Shown here piece by piece: positions 34,655-45,771 of a stretch of 64,000 nt of DNA. Positions within the stretch are counted from its first letter, which is position 1. Each line of letters starts with the position of its first letter. Made by a program: the position numbers and the translations under genes. This DNA comes from an uncultured archaeon (lineage in GTDB: Archaea; Asgardarchaeota; Heimdallarchaeia; Heimdallarchaeales; Heimdallarchaeaceae). The stretch lies in contig CAZHRF010000012.1 of the NCBI GenBank assembly GCA_964534625.1, forward strand, positions 1 through 64,000. The letters are read 5' to 3'. A model generated the notes under the pieces. That model worked only from the letters and a program-made list of their open reading frames with translations. It did no database searches and was not told the origin of the DNA.

Positions 34655-35953
34655 ATGCCAAGTGTTAGAAGTTCTTCACCCATATTAGCTTTAGTGTTCA
34701 TTATTTTTGGTCACTTTTTGAATCATTTCTATGCTTACGTCTTTGGAGCTGCAATGTTCGTTATCCGGGCTGATATAGCTATGAGTAATCAACAAATTGG
34801 TTTATTAGCTACAATACAGATGAGCACATTTGCTTTGTTCACTTTTGCTGTTGGTATAATTGGGGATAAATGGGTACCGAGTAAGAAGCTGTTTGTTCCG
34901 CTAGGTGTGTTTTTAATGGCATTACATCTTGTAGTTGCCGCTAATGCTCAAAGTTTTGTATCTCTCGTTCTTGTGGCGGTTATTGTAGGGTTTGGATCTG
35001 CATTTTATCATCCTGTTGCCTATTCAATGATAGCCGAGCTATATGAGGACAAGAAGGGGATTTCAATGGCATTAAATGCGGCATTAGGAATGATTGGAAC
35101 AGCATTAACACCTGGATTAGTTGGGACATTTAATAGGTTAATTGGCTGGCGGAAATTCTTCCTGTTTTTTGGATTGGGAGCTGTCGGAATCTCGCTTATT
35201 TTATTTTATTGTTTCAATAGATTTTTCAATTACAAAATTACAAAGAAAGAACATGAATTGGTTGAACAAAGAGAGGATATGACAAATGGTCAAAGGGTCA
35301 GTCATTGGTTTAGAACAGAACTAATTATGATTTTAACTTTACTGGTTGTTATTTGTTTGCTATACAGTTCTTTTCGCTCTGGTTTATACAAAATTATTAC
35401 GCAATTTCTTTCAATCATTTTTGTTGATTACTTGAATTATAATATTTTCCAAGCAGGATGGATTTCTTCAATTATGTTAATAATAGGAGGTTTAACAGCT
35501 ATTGGTGGGGGGTTCCTCAGTGATAAATATCCAACGAGTTTGACGATGGTAATTTCATTATTGGGTAGTGCAGTATCTATTTTATTTATTTGGCTTTTAG
35601 GGGGTATACTCCCCGGTTTCTGGATAATTGGCCTTTTCTTTTTGTTTGTAGCTTTTTTACATTTTTCTTCAGCAGCGTCAACAAAGTATGTAGCAGAAAG
35701 TGTTCCTAAACATTCAAGGTCTACAGCACTAGGGTTCTTATTTGCAATCCCCAGTAGTATAGCGGGTGTCTTCCCTTGGCTTTTCGGGTTGATTTTAGAC
35801 AAGACCACGTTTGAAGTTTCTTTTCTATATTTATTCTCTATTGCTGCAATAGCAACCCTTTTAGCATTTGTTTTATTAGTTAAGGACATAAAAAGAGGTA
35901 AATTTGGTTTTGTAAATGAGGAAGAGAAAAAATTACAATTAAAGTATATTTGA
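34655..35953 (+). CDS. MFS transporter (Fsr-like)
   Basis: GHFLNHFY, GSAFYHP and GGFLSDK motifs; ~12 TM segments. Confidence 0.9.
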   Translation: MPSVRSSSPILALVFIIFGHFLNHFYAYVFGAAMFVIRADIAMSNQQIGLLATIQMSTFALFTFAVGIIGDKWVPSKKLFVPLGVFLMALHLVVAANAQSFVSLVLVAVIVGFGSAFYHPVAYSMIAELYEDKKGISMALNAALGMIGTALTPGLVGTFNRLIGWRKFFLFFGLGAVGISLILFYCFNRFFNYKITKKEHELVEQREDMTNGQRVSHWFRTELIMILTLLVVICLLYSSFRSGLYKIITQFLSIIFVDYLNYNIFQAGWISSIMLIIGGLTAIGGGFLSDKYPTSLTMVISLLGSAVSILFIWLLGGILPGFWIIGLFFLFVAFLHFSSAASTKYVAESVPKHSRSTALGFLFAIPSSIAGVFPWLFGLILDKTTFEVSFLYLFSIAAIATLLAFVLLVKDIKRGKFGFVNEEEKKLQLKYI

Positions 35954-36008
35954 TCTACTTCATTTCTTTAAACACTAAATTTTAAAATAGGTTTTATTTT
36001 GATGAGTT

Positions 36009-36560
36009 ATGTCAAAAACTTCTAAAAGCCTAATCTGGGAACAAGTAGAAAAAAAGAAAATATTCGAGAACCCATTTATTACGATTAGAAATGATATAGC
36101 CAAACGTCCCGATAATAAGAAAGTTGAATATGCTGTAGTTGAACATAAAGATTTTATCTGCTCACTTTGTATAAACACTAAAAATGAAATTGTCCTAGTA
36201 AAGCAATTTCGCTATCCTTGGGATACCATAAGTTTGGAGAATCCTTCAGGTTTAATTAACAAAAATGAAACAGCAATTGAAGCTGCTAAAAGAGAGATCT
36301 TAGAAGAAACGGGATATATTACCGAACATATTATTCAGTTAGGAAAAAAATATCACCCAGTAGGTTTTGGTAGTGGTTGGGGGTATCTTTTTCTCAGTCG
36401 AGTTAAGGATCATACACATCAAATCCTTGATGATAATGAATTTATCGTCATAAAAACAATGACCATTACTGATTTTAATGGACTAATAGAAACTGGAGAA
36501 ATCATCCATGGAGCAACAATCTTTTGCTGGTTAGCTGCGAAAGCCAAAGGTTATGTATGA
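36009..36560 (+). CDS. NUDIX hydrolase (ADP-ribose pyrophosphatase-like)
   Basis: VKQFRYP and Nudix box GLINKNETAIEAAKREILEETGY. Confidence 0.92.
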   Translation: MSKTSKSLIWEQVEKKKIFENPFITIRNDIAKRPDNKKVEYAVVEHKDFICSLCINTKNEIVLVKQFRYPWDTISLENPSGLINKNETAIEAAKREILEETGYITEHIIQLGKKYHPVGFGSGWGYLFLSRVKDHTHQILDDNEFIVIKTMTITDFNGLIETGEIIHGATIFCWLAAKAKGYV

Positions 36561-36648
36561 ACTAAGTTGAAATTTTTCTCTCTCTTCTTTCTTTATAAAT
36601 TTGTGTCATACTCTATTTTCATTATTAAGGTAAGTTTTTAATGTAAGT

Positions 36649-37614
36649 GTGTGTTTATTTTATACAATGCAAGAAAACGATGAAGCTGTTCTTGAGAGAC
36701 AAACTTTGATTGGCAAATTCCTCGATAGATTAAACTATCGACCTCTCCGTTCTCTTTACACAAAAATGAACAACTTACTGCAGATAATAGATCGTTTTCT
36801 TAGTACTGAAGAGGGAAACCTTTCTTCTCTTCGTTCTGCTCTTCTTTCACATCTCTCTTTACTATCTAGAACTTTTTACCAGACAACAATCGTTGGTCAT
36901 TTACGTGATGGAGAATCGGATTCAGTTAATGATTTCAAGAATGAGGTAGAGAGAGCTTTTGTGAAAGGGGTCCAAGAAAGACAAATCATTGTTGAAAGAA
37001 TTGAACAAATAATTAACAGATCAGATGATTTCACAAAACTAAAGGAGCAATTGAATAATAAATGGCAAGAAATATATTACAAAATCTCTCCTGAGACTTC
37101 TTCAGAAAAAAATATTCGCCAAGATTTAGAATTAGTACTTGAAAAAAATGAAGAATATATAATGAAATTTCAACCACAAAATCTTGATGATGAATTTATT
37201 AACACTCAAAGCAAATTAATGAAAAAAACAACAGAACTCTCGTTTTCAGCAGCAGATTTGGGAGATAAAATTCAAATGATTTTACACGAATTATTAGAAT
37301 TAAGTATCAATCCTCTTGTTTCGGTTTTTGAAGATGAAGTTATAAGTGCAGCAAAGATCATTAGCCAATTAAGGTATGAGAGAAAATCAGAAGATAAAGG
37401 ATTAGCTGATGATGAAATGGCGAAATTGTGCGATGTATTGTCTTGGGGACTTGATGATTTAACCAGTTTTGATGATCTGATAAATATTGGAAAACAGTTA
37501 AGAAACGAATATGCAGCTCTCTTGTCCGATTTCCTCGTTTACCTTGTAGATATAGATTTGGGAATACAAGAAATAGAATCAATGAGTTTAGAGAAACTTC
37601 AACAAAGTTCCTAA
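36649..37614 (+). CDS. Hypothetical alpha-helical/coiled-coil protein
   Basis: 321 aa ORF rich in L/E/K heptads; probable start is the ATG at 36667. Confidence 0.7.
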   Translation: MCLFYTMQENDEAVLERQTLIGKFLDRLNYRPLRSLYTKMNNLLQIIDRFLSTEEGNLSSLRSALLSHLSLLSRTFYQTTIVGHLRDGESDSVNDFKNEVERAFVKGVQERQIIVERIEQIINRSDDFTKLKEQLNNKWQEIYYKISPETSSEKNIRQDLELVLEKNEEYIMKFQPQNLDDEFINTQSKLMKKTTELSFSAADLGDKIQMILHELLELSINPLVSVFEDEVISAAKIISQLRYERKSEDKGLADDEMAKLCDVLSWGLDDLTSFDDLINIGKQLRNEYAALLSDFLVYLVDIDLGIQEIESMSLEKLQQSS

Positions 37615-37617
37615 ACC

Positions 37618-38526
37618 CTACGAATTTATAAAACCCACTAAATGCTTCAAATTTTCTTTAACTATATTGTAATTGGGATCAATAGCTAAAGCTTTTTTAT
37701 AACATTTTATGGCTTTTGTTTTGTTTCCTTTGTTAGCAAAAATGGCACCCAAGTTTGCCCAAGCAGTTTTTAGCACCGAATTAAGTGATAAAGCAGTAAT
37801 ATAGTTATCAATTGCTTTTTCATCTTGATTCAACTTGACGTTTAAATTACCTATTTTCAACCAGATTATTGGATTTTTACCATCTTTTACTGAAGCTTTT
37901 TCATATCGCGTCATGGCTTCCGAGTAGTAACCATATGACTCATATACTTTTCCCAAAGTCAATAAAGTAAGAACTGTTGGTTTAATTTTTTCAGACTTTT
38001 TCAGATAAATAATAGCGTCTTCAATTCTACCCAGTTCAGCTAAAATTGTTCCCAAGTTGTAAAGCAATATATAATTATCGGTTTCGATTTTAGTAGCCTT
38101 TTCAAGTAGTTTTAATGCTTCAACATTTTTTCCTTCTAAACTTAAAATCCTACTTAAATTGTTCAGGGCGCCTATATTTGAGGGATTTTTGAGTAATATC
38201 CTTCTATAACACAACTCGCTATCTCTGTATTTTTTTAGATTAAAATGGCAATTCCCAGTATTTAATAATGCATCAATGTTGTATTCATTATTTGTTAATA
38301 CAATTTTATAAACATTTAATGCCTTGTGATAGTCTTTCTTTTGCATATGTTTATATGCCTTGAAAAGCAAGTCATCGATATCAATATTATTATGCTCCTC
38401 TTGATTGTTAGTTTGTTCTTTCTTAATAGTTGGTTTTTCCTTAAAAACTGTCACTATTGAATTTGATTCGTTCTTTTGAGAAACAGCCATATGTCCTCTC
38501 ATACTATTATGTGACAAATTGTTCAT
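37618..38526 (-). CDS. TPR repeat protein
   Basis: Multiple TPR units, e.g. AWANLGAIFANKGNKTKAIKCYKKALAIDPN. Confidence 0.92.
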   Translation of the reverse strand: MNNLSHNSMRGHMAVSQKNESNSIVTVFKEKPTIKKEQTNNQEEHNNIDIDDLLFKAYKHMQKKDYHKALNVYKIVLTNNEYNIDALLNTGNCHFNLKKYRDSELCYRRILLKNPSNIGALNNLSRILSLEGKNVEALKLLEKATKIETDNYILLYNLGTILAELGRIEDAIIYLKKSEKIKPTVLTLLTLGKVYESYGYYSEAMTRYEKASVKDGKNPIIWLKIGNLNVKLNQDEKAIDNYITALSLNSVLKTAWANLGAIFANKGNKTKAIKCYKKALAIDPNYNIVKENLKHLVGFINS

Positions 38527-38654
38527 ACTGGTATCCCTAAAAATAGTTATTCAAAACCTACTTGAATGCTGATAATACGTAGATATTTTCCTTGTTAAAA
38601 CAAATTTCTACATAAACGAAATAGTCAAAACAAAGGAGTTTTATACTAACAAGA

Positions 38655-39155
38655 ATGTTTCTACACATGAGTTATGATTTATTTTTATCAAGAGATTATT
38701 TTGTTTTTGCTTGTGCCCATTTCGTGATAGGTGAAAATTTCTTTGAACCTCTTCATGGTCATAACTATAAGATTAAAGTCAATGTTTTTGGTGAACAAGG
38801 AACTGATAATATGGTGTTAGATTTTCATGATATCAAGGAAGTTGTAAAGCCAATAGTTGATGAACTTGATCACCATGTTCTTTTACCTGCTAGTAACAAA
38901 CATATAAAAATTATCGAAAAAGGAGAACAAATAATCTTCAAAGTTCCGAGATTAAATAAAGAGTATGAATTTCCTAAAGAAGATGTAATTATTTTGCCTA
39001 TTGAAAACACAACCGTTGAAGAGATGAGCCATTATTTTATTAAGATGTTACAGGGAAATAATGCAATCTATCGCAAAAATATTGATAAGATAACAATTAC
39101 CGTAACAGAGTATGAAGGACAAGGAGTCACTTGTGAACTCATTCCAAGTGATTAA
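38655..39155 (+). CDS. 6-pyruvoyl-tetrahydropterin synthase family protein, PTPS-III-type motif
   Basis: FACAHF, EPLHGHNY (ExxHGH, no catalytic Cys), LDH and TTVEE motifs. Confidence 0.88.
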   Translation: MFLHMSYDLFLSRDYFVFACAHFVIGENFFEPLHGHNYKIKVNVFGEQGTDNMVLDFHDIKEVVKPIVDELDHHVLLPASNKHIKIIEKGEQIIFKVPRLNKEYEFPKEDVIILPIENTTVEEMSHYFIKMLQGNNAIYRKNIDKITITVTEYEGQGVTCELIPSD

Positions 39156-39885
39156 TTGGTATATTTAGTTGATTTGTCCAATTAATAACTGATTTTGCGA
39201 TATCGAACTTTTTGAGTTTCATATCATATTTCTTCTTTGTTAATCTATTTTTAGAATATTTTCCAATTGTTTTCCCAAAAGTAAAACCGTATAACCAGAT
39301 TTCTGAACAATTCATATTACAGCTGAAGCAGACTGCCCTATCCCCATCTGTAAATCCAAAAAAATTATATGAATGGTCCAATGGTTTTGTTTGGGTTGTT
39401 AAAATATATTTTGTTCCATAAATATGGGGTAAAAAACGCTCTAGACGAGATTTATTATCCCCATGTACATGTACTAATAAATATGCGCCTTCTTTCATAG
39501 CTGTAATCTGATCTTCTACAGTTCCATCAAGATCCGTGATAATAATATCAGGGAGGATGTTTTTTTCCAATAAAAATGTAGTAGCTCCATCTACAGCTAT
39601 AATAATTTGTTTGTCAGACTTTTTAAAATGAAGAATATTTTCAGATAAAGAGGGTCCTGGGGCAAAAATATGAGATGAACGACCTTTTAATATGTGATGA
39701 AGCTCGTTTACAGTTATTTTACTTGGATAAACATTAACTATTGATTTTAACGCACCATAATCTTTTTTGGAGTCAATTTGTAAATAAGTGCATATTGTAG
39801 GATACCAATAATCTAACCATGATTCTAATGAAAAAGGAGTTTTTTCTAATGGGTGAAATATGCTTGCAGAAGTGTCAAAAATCAT
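39139..39885 (-). CDS. mptE: 6-hydroxymethyl-7,8-dihydropterin pyrophosphokinase, archaeal type (DUF115)
   Basis: APGPSL, AVDGAT, PDIIITDLDG, HVHGDN, GFTDGDRA and KLKK motifs. Confidence 0.88.
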   Translation of the reverse strand: MIFDTSASIFHPLEKTPFSLESWLDYWYPTICTYLQIDSKKDYGALKSIVNVYPSKITVNELHHILKGRSSHIFAPGPSLSENILHFKKSDKQIIIAVDGATTFLLEKNILPDIIITDLDGTVEDQITAMKEGAYLLVHVHGDNKSRLERFLPHIYGTKYILTTQTKPLDHSYNFFGFTDGDRAVCFSCNMNCSEIWLYGFTFGKTIGKYSKNRLTKKKYDMKLKKFDIAKSVINWTNQLNIPINHLE

Positions 39886-40063
39886 TAATTATTATAAATA
39901 TAAAATCTTTATAATTTTGTTGTTGTCACTTTAATCCACTTTATACATTATACAAACTAACTAGTGATGTCTCGTATGTTTTTTAGACATCCTTAATTGC
40001 TTGCATAGTTCAACCATTTTGTTATAAAAATATATTAATAAGTATTTACAAATACTGTTTTTT

Positions 40064-42280
40064 ATGCAAGTCCTTTGTATCAAGATCAAAAGGTTCTCCC
40101 TTATAACAATATTACTTACAGTCTTCATATTATTCTCTTTTTCATTTATGATTAATCTTCCTCAGGCTACAGAAGAAGAACTTAATAATACTTTCTCAGC
40201 TAGAATATACAAAAAACCCTACTTTAATTATATCCCAGATAGAGATCGAACAATCTATATTGGAAACGGTTTTAGATATGAAACTGCACCCGTGGTTGTG
40301 GATTTTGACAATGATAATTCATTTGAATATGTAGCATTATCAACTTACAGAAATGAAACAGTAGGTCACCAAATAACATTATTAAGGGACAATGTTATAT
40401 TACAAGGATGGCCAATAAACGTACCGTTTTCCGTTGATGAAATTGTAGGAAAAATGGATCATGCAGTTCATGGTCAAGCATTGATTATAAGAACATACAA
40501 CCTTTCGGAGAACACAACCTACTTCCGTGCATTAGCAAAGAATGGGACTTTTATTAAAAATCATCTAATTTCAATTGAAGGGGCTTTCTTATCTGAAACA
40601 ATTTTTACAGATATTAATAACGATTCTCATAAAGAGTTTGTCATAGCTGGAAATATACGTAATACAAATTCAAGTCATGTATATATTATCGATACTGATG
40701 GCTCAATAATTCACAACTGGCCACAAATAATTGTAAATGACAGTTTATCTACTGCTCCCGTTTTAGATGATATAACTAATGATGGAGAATTGGAAATTAT
40801 CCTCAACTCCGAACAAGGTAAAATTTATGCTTGGCATTTGAATGGTTCCTTACTTGAAGGTTACCCTCTTAAAATTGACATGGAAAAAACTTCCGCACCA
40901 GATGGTTTTAGGGCGGTGCCTACTATTGTTGATGCGGATAATGATGGAATTAAAGAGTTGTTTACTGCATCCGTTTTTGGTACCTTGTATGGAATTAAAT
41001 TAGATCCATCCATTTCCAAGACATGGAGCTACCCTCTAAATATGTCAGTATATGGGATATCACAAGGAACAGCTTATGATCTAAATCGTGACGGTATTCA
41101 TGAAATAATACAACCAGGAACAGGAGGAATTGCTGTTTTTAATTTTGATTCAACCAAAGGGTTCAAAGTAAAGTTTTCATTAAGGCATACAGTAGAAAGT
41201 GTTTCCGTGGGTCCAGCCATTGCTGATATAGATAGAGACAACTCTGTCGATTTAATTTTTACTTATCCAACCCAACTTAGGGTGCTAGATAATAATGGTA
41301 CCGAAATGAGAGAGGAAAGAAGAGAGATTTCAGCTACATATCAAAGACAGATTCAACCATTAATATTTGATATAGATAACGACGGACAGATAGAGATTCT
41401 ACATATTAGTTCTGATGGAGTGATATCCATCCTTGAAACGGAAGATTTTGGCTTTTTACCGTGGATTTATAAGACGGGATCAGTTTTTCATAGACCAGAT
41501 CTTGATTCAGATGGAGATGGATTATTTGATTATGAAGAAATCAAATTGGGTACAGATCCCAACAATCCAGATACAGATGGTGATGGGATAAGCGATGGGT
41601 TAGAGGTCAATCAATATTTTTTGAATCCATTAAAAAAGGATGCAGATACGGATACTGACAGCGATGAATTAACCAATATCAAAGAGGTGGACATTTATAA
41701 AACAAATCCATTAAACCCTGACTCCGACTTCGATGGAATAACAGACGGCGATGAGGCGCTAATTTATCAAACAGATCCTAATAATCCAGATACAGATGGA
41801 GATGGGATACCTGATGGCTATGAGATATTCTACAATGATGTCCTAGATCCAAATGATCCAACTGATGCAAGAGAGGATCCCGATGGTGATGGTCTAACAA
41901 ACTTAGAGGAGTACATCTGGGATACAGATCCCAACAATCCAGATACAGATGGAGATGGTATGCCTGACGGATGGGAAGCAAAACATAATCTTGATCCTAC
42001 TAACCCTGCTGATGCAAATGAGGATCCCGATGGTGACGGTTTAACTAATTTGGAGGAGCATATGTATGGTACAGACCCTAATAATCCAGATACTGATGGC
42101 GATGGTTACACCGACTACGAAGAAATAAAAGCAGGTTCCGACCCAAATGACCCCAATTCCATACCAGATGATACTAAATTATTGACATGGTCAAGAGGAT
42201 TTATGGTTTTATCACTCATTCCTGTATTCATAGTTTTTCTTAATAAGAAAAAGACAAAGTATAAATCACGTATAGAGTGA
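40064..42280 (+). CDS. Cell-surface protein with FG-GAP/VCBS repeats, Ca-binding TSP3-like repeats and C-terminal TM anchor
   Basis: Signal peptide; repeated PxxxDxDxDGxxEI; repeated [12 protein letters not shown]; TM followed by KKKTKYK tail. Confidence 0.88.
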   Translation: MQVLCIKIKRFSLITILLTVFILFSFSFMINLPQATEEELNNTFSARIYKKPYFNYIPDRDRTIYIGNGFRYETAPVVVDFDNDNSFEYVALSTYRNETVGHQITLLRDNVILQGWPINVPFSVDEIVGKMDHAVHGQALIIRTYNLSENTTYFRALAKNGTFIKNHLISIEGAFLSETIFTDINNDSHKEFVIAGNIRNTNSSHVYIIDTDGSIIHNWPQIIVNDSLSTAPVLDDITNDGELEIILNSEQGKIYAWHLNGSLLEGYPLKIDMEKTSAPDGFRAVPTIVDADNDGIKELFTASVFGTLYGIKLDPSISKTWSYPLNMSVYGISQGTAYDLNRDGIHEIIQPGTGGIAVFNFDSTKGFKVKFSLRHTVESVSVGPAIADIDRDNSVDLIFTYPTQLRVLDNNGTEMREERREISATYQRQIQPLIFDIDNDGQIEILHISSDGVISILETEDFGFLPWIYKTGSVFHRPDLDSDGDGLFDYEEIKLGTDPNNPDTDGDGISDGLEVNQYFLNPLKKDADTDTDSDELTNIKEVDIYKTNPLNPDSDFDGITDGDEALIYQTDPNNPDTDGDGIPDGYEIFYNDVLDPNDPTDAREDPDGDGLTNLEEYIWDTDPNNPDTDGDGMPDGWEAKHNLDPTNPADANEDPDGDGLTNLEEHMYGTDPNNPDTDGDGYTDYEEIKAGSDPNDPNSIPDDTKLLTWSRGFMVLSLIPVFIVFLNKKKTKYKSRIE
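41551..42099 (+). repeat. Intragenic DNA repeats encoding [10 protein letters not shown]
   Basis: Identical 30-mers at 41551-41580 and 41923-41952; variant copies at 41771-41799 and 42071-42099. Confidence 0.9.
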
Positions 42281-42284
42281 TATG

Positions 42285-42737
42285 TTAATTGAGCATGAAG
42301 AAATTAAATACAAAAGGGGTAATGAAGGCAGAAATAAAAAGATAAAGTGCTAGCTTGAATAAAGGATGCGCTTCCTTCAGTCTCTCCCATTGACTTCCTT
42401 GTCTACTCATTATGAATATAGGATTTTCTTCCACTATAGTGAAACCAAAAAAGAGGAGTATAAACACAGATAAAAAAATCAGAAAGACTGCGTAACTACT
42501 TCGTTTAATTTCATTCTCTACATAGGTATACATGGCAAGTAAATATATAATGCCCATAATGATTGGATAATATATGATGGAACTACAAGGGATCAAGAAG
42601 AGTTTATGAACAATCTCTTTTACTAAACTGACTTCAAACTGATATGCACACCGTCTACAAGCATATATTCTACCATAAAGGTCTTTCCGACGAAATACAC
42701 GCTTTGAATCGCAATATGGACATCTCATTGAAATCAA
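42285..42737 (-). CDS. Zn-ribbon membrane protein
   Basis: CPYC...CRRC followed by 3 TM helices. Confidence 0.7.
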   Translation of the reverse strand: MISMRCPYCDSKRVFRRKDLYGRIYACRRCAYQFEVSLVKEIVHKLFLIPCSSIIYYPIIMGIIYLLAMYTYVENEIKRSSYAVFLIFLSVFILLFFGFTIVEENPIFIMSRQGSQWERLKEAHPLFKLALYLFISAFITPFVFNFFMLN

Positions 42738-42842
42738 GAGTATATTAGCAGAAGTAATTATAAAGTCTATTAAACACCTAAAAAGTTATATGCAAAGCCA
42801 ACATTTCAACAACTATAAAAAGTTGTACTATTCTTTTTTGGT

Positions 42843-43181
42843 ATGAAGCATTATAAAATATGTGTACATGTCCCTGAAAGGATTCTTGAGCAGCTCATGG
42901 ATAGAATAAATCAGACTATGAAACCACTCTATGATAATTATGATTATGTTTTTAATTATTATAAAGTTAAAGGTACATGGAGACCGCTTGAAGGAGCTAA
43001 TCCTTACGATGGACAGATAGATGAAATAAGTAAAAATTCCGAAATAAAATTAGAAGTTACTGTAAGAGAATCAGATTTATCAAAGGTTTTAAGTAAAATT
43101 AAAGAGCTTCATCCGTATGAAACCCCTGTAATTGAAGTGTATTTAGTTCAACTATATACAGATATAATAAAAGAAGATTAA
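42843..43181 (+). CDS. YqfO/NIF3-insert (PII/CutA-like) protein
   Basis: GTWRPLEGANPYDG and KELHPYETPVIEVY motifs. Confidence 0.85.
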   Translation: MKHYKICVHVPERILEQLMDRINQTMKPLYDNYDYVFNYYKVKGTWRPLEGANPYDGQIDEISKNSEIKLEVTVRESDLSKVLSKIKELHPYETPVIEVYLVQLYTDIIKED

Positions 43182-43306
43182 AAATAGTGTATTTTATATT
43201 GAGCTTGCACAAATATTATTGTAGGCTGTTACCCAGTTTCTATTACAGAGATAATTTTTTTGTCAAAGTCTAAAATTAATATACTAGTGATGCTTATGTT
43301 CTAATC

Positions 43307-44092
43307 ATGAATTGGAGTTTAATATTAATTGGTACAGTAGCTTCTTTATTAGCTGGATTAACCACTTCCCTAGGTGCACTTCCAGTATTTTGGAGAAAAG
43401 AAATTAGTGATAAAACATTGGACATTCTATTAGGATTCGCAGCTGGTGTTATGCTTGCTGCATCAAATTTTAGTTTAATAGTTCCAGCTCTCGAATTAGA
43501 GAAAGGAGGCGGAATAGAAATTGTCACCCTAGGTTTCTTAGTTGGAGCTCTTTTTATTCATTTAATGGATAGATGGGCACCACATAAACATTTCCTGAGT
43601 GGGAAAACTGAGGGTATGGTTTCAAAAAAATTAGCAGCAACATGGTTATTTGTAATAGCGATTGCCATACATAATTTTCCTGAAGGGTTGGCAGTTGGAG
43701 TCAGTTTTGGCAGTGGTGAAATGACGACTGGTTTAATTGTTGCTATTGCAATTGGTTTACAAAATATTCCTGAAGGAACAGCTGTAGCAATGCCACTCGT
43801 AAGAGAAAATTATTCTAGGCGTAAAGCTTTTGGGATAGCAACTCTAACGGGTATAGTTGAGCCAATTGGTGCATTAATTGGGGTAACAGCGGTAACACTC
43901 GCTAGTTCAATACTAGGATTTGGGATGTCTTTTGCTGCAGGTGCAATGGTTTTTGTTGTAGTAGATGAAATAATACCAGAACTATATGGAAAAAAGCATG
44001 CAAGACAAGCAACTTTTGGGATAATAATTGGTTTTGCAATTATGATGTTCCTCGATAACTTCATTGAACCGTTTCTAGAAAAATTTTTTTAA
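43307..44092 (+). CDS. ZIP family metal transporter (ZupT/GufA)
   Basis: GFAAGVMLAAS, IHNFPEGLAVG, QNIPEG and EIIPE motifs. Confidence 0.93.
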   Translation: MNWSLILIGTVASLLAGLTTSLGALPVFWRKEISDKTLDILLGFAAGVMLAASNFSLIVPALELEKGGGIEIVTLGFLVGALFIHLMDRWAPHKHFLSGKTEGMVSKKLAATWLFVIAIAIHNFPEGLAVGVSFGSGEMTTGLIVAIAIGLQNIPEGTAVAMPLVRENYSRRKAFGIATLTGIVEPIGALIGVTAVTLASSILGFGMSFAAGAMVFVVVDEIIPELYGKKHARQATFGIIIGFAIMMFLDNFIEPFLEKFF

Positions 44093-44231
44093 AAAATCCA
44101 ATTAATAAAAATTCAAAATGGAGATAAAATCGCTTTTCTTTTTTTGAATGACTATTTTTTTATGTCCCTTTCTTGATTATCTCACAAAAACCAACATCCA
44201 ATGTAAAAAGACAAATGGTTCAAGAGGGAAA

Positions 44232-45089
44232 CTACAATTTAAAACACTTATCCAACTTAACCAACTTAAGAGTAACGTCCCATAAATCTTTTTGAAGGGA
44301 GGGATTATAAGCATTTTTTGAAGCGCAAGTGATTGTATTATTTTGGAAATATCGTCCTGATATTTTATCATAACTAGGATCTTTTAATATTGATACTATT
44401 TCTTCCGCACTAGTTGAAGGTTTTCTCATAAAACAACCAAAGAAAAAATACAATAGTTTTATCCATAAAGCTCTTTTACCAAAATTTGTTTTCATAATTC
44501 CAGGAGCAACAGCATTAATTGTTATGTCTGTATTTCTTAATCGTTCAGCCAATTCGAATGTAAAGAATATATTGGCAAGTTTAGAGTTCGTATATGCTTG
44601 CCAATCAGTAAATTTTTTTTCTCCATGTAAATCGTTAATGTTTATTCTACCCTCTGCATGCTCTTCACACGTGATATTGATTATTTTTGCCTTTTTAGCT
44701 TTTTTTAATTGAGGTATCAATAACAGGGTAAGAAGGAATGGTCCTATATAGTTGGTTGTAAATATTTTTTCAAGTTTTTCTTCGGTATATTCTTTTTTAG
44801 GTATATACATACCCGCATTATTAATCAGAACATCAACTTTATTATATTTACTTTTAAATGATCTTGAAAAATTTTTAATTGAGGATAAAGAGGACAAATC
44901 AATTAACATTAGATGTACATTTTCATTGTTAGTTTTTTTAATAATGTCTTTTCTACCTTCTTCTCCACGTTTTTCATTTCTACACAGCATAATGACCCTT
45001 GCATTGTTACTAGCAAGTTTAAGACAAAGTGCCTTACCTAATCCTGAATTAGCACCAGTAACAATACATGTTTTCTTATCGAGTAGCAA
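44232..45089 (-). CDS. Classical SDR, retinol dehydrogenase-like
   Basis: TGANSGLG, LINNAG, NYIGPFLLT, YTNSKLAN and PGIMKT motifs. Confidence 0.92.
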   Translation of the reverse strand: MLLDKKTCIVTGANSGLGKALCLKLASNNARVIMLCRNEKRGEEGRKDIIKKTNNENVHLMLIDLSSLSSIKNFSRSFKSKYNKVDVLINNAGMYIPKKEYTEEKLEKIFTTNYIGPFLLTLLLIPQLKKAKKAKIINITCEEHAEGRININDLHGEKKFTDWQAYTNSKLANIFFTFELAERLRNTDITINAVAPGIMKTNFGKRALWIKLLYFFFGCFMRKPSTSAEEIVSILKDPSYDKISGRYFQNNTITCASKNAYNPSLQKDLWDVTLKLVKLDKCFKL

Positions 45090-45771
45090 TTCAATTCCAA
45101 CTATAATAGAAAAAATACTAATCTTAATATTTCTTTAGTTTGAGAACAAAACAATCTATTATATGGCATAGAAATAATAAAAAGAATCAGAAATCACAAA
45201 TTTTGAGTTCCTCAGAATTAAAAATACAAAACAGCTATAAATACAAGTTCATAAAGAACGATTTTTTAACTTACATGACAAATATATTAGCTGACACCTA
45301 GAAAATCAAAATATGCCCTTTTAGTGTTGGTGAAATAATGTTTTGTGATACCGCATTTAATAATAATTATTGAATATGAATAAGTGATGTTATAAGAATA
45401 TTGTCTCTATATTCACTTCTCCTAGCCAAAATCAAGAGAAATATAAAATTGTTGATTTTATCTCAAGAGTAATCTTGCACGTCTTTTCTGGTCACTTTTT
45501 GGATACTTTTTGTCAGTAGTTTAATGTAGTGTGACCAGTACTAAGTACATTTTGGTGAAACAAAAGGCTTAGAAAATATAGCTTTATTCAGAGAAAAGGC
45601 CATGTTAGAAGCAGAAGAAGACCAACACAACCAAATTTTAAATCAAAATACAACTAAAATAGACAAAAATAGTAGGATAGCCCCAATTTCTGTTACTACT
45701 GATTAGCATCGTCAATGATCCTTTTTTATTTAGTTTTCATCGGTACGACTTTTTCATTTCTTTATTTGTAC

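Noticed and set aside
38655-39155. queD annotation
   Set aside because: It lacks the catalytic Cys motif CxxxHGH and has no que gene neighbours.
41500-42150. Repeated ~30 bp units as a possible CRISPR array
   Set aside because: They are in-frame protein repeats with irregular spacing, and no cas genes are present.
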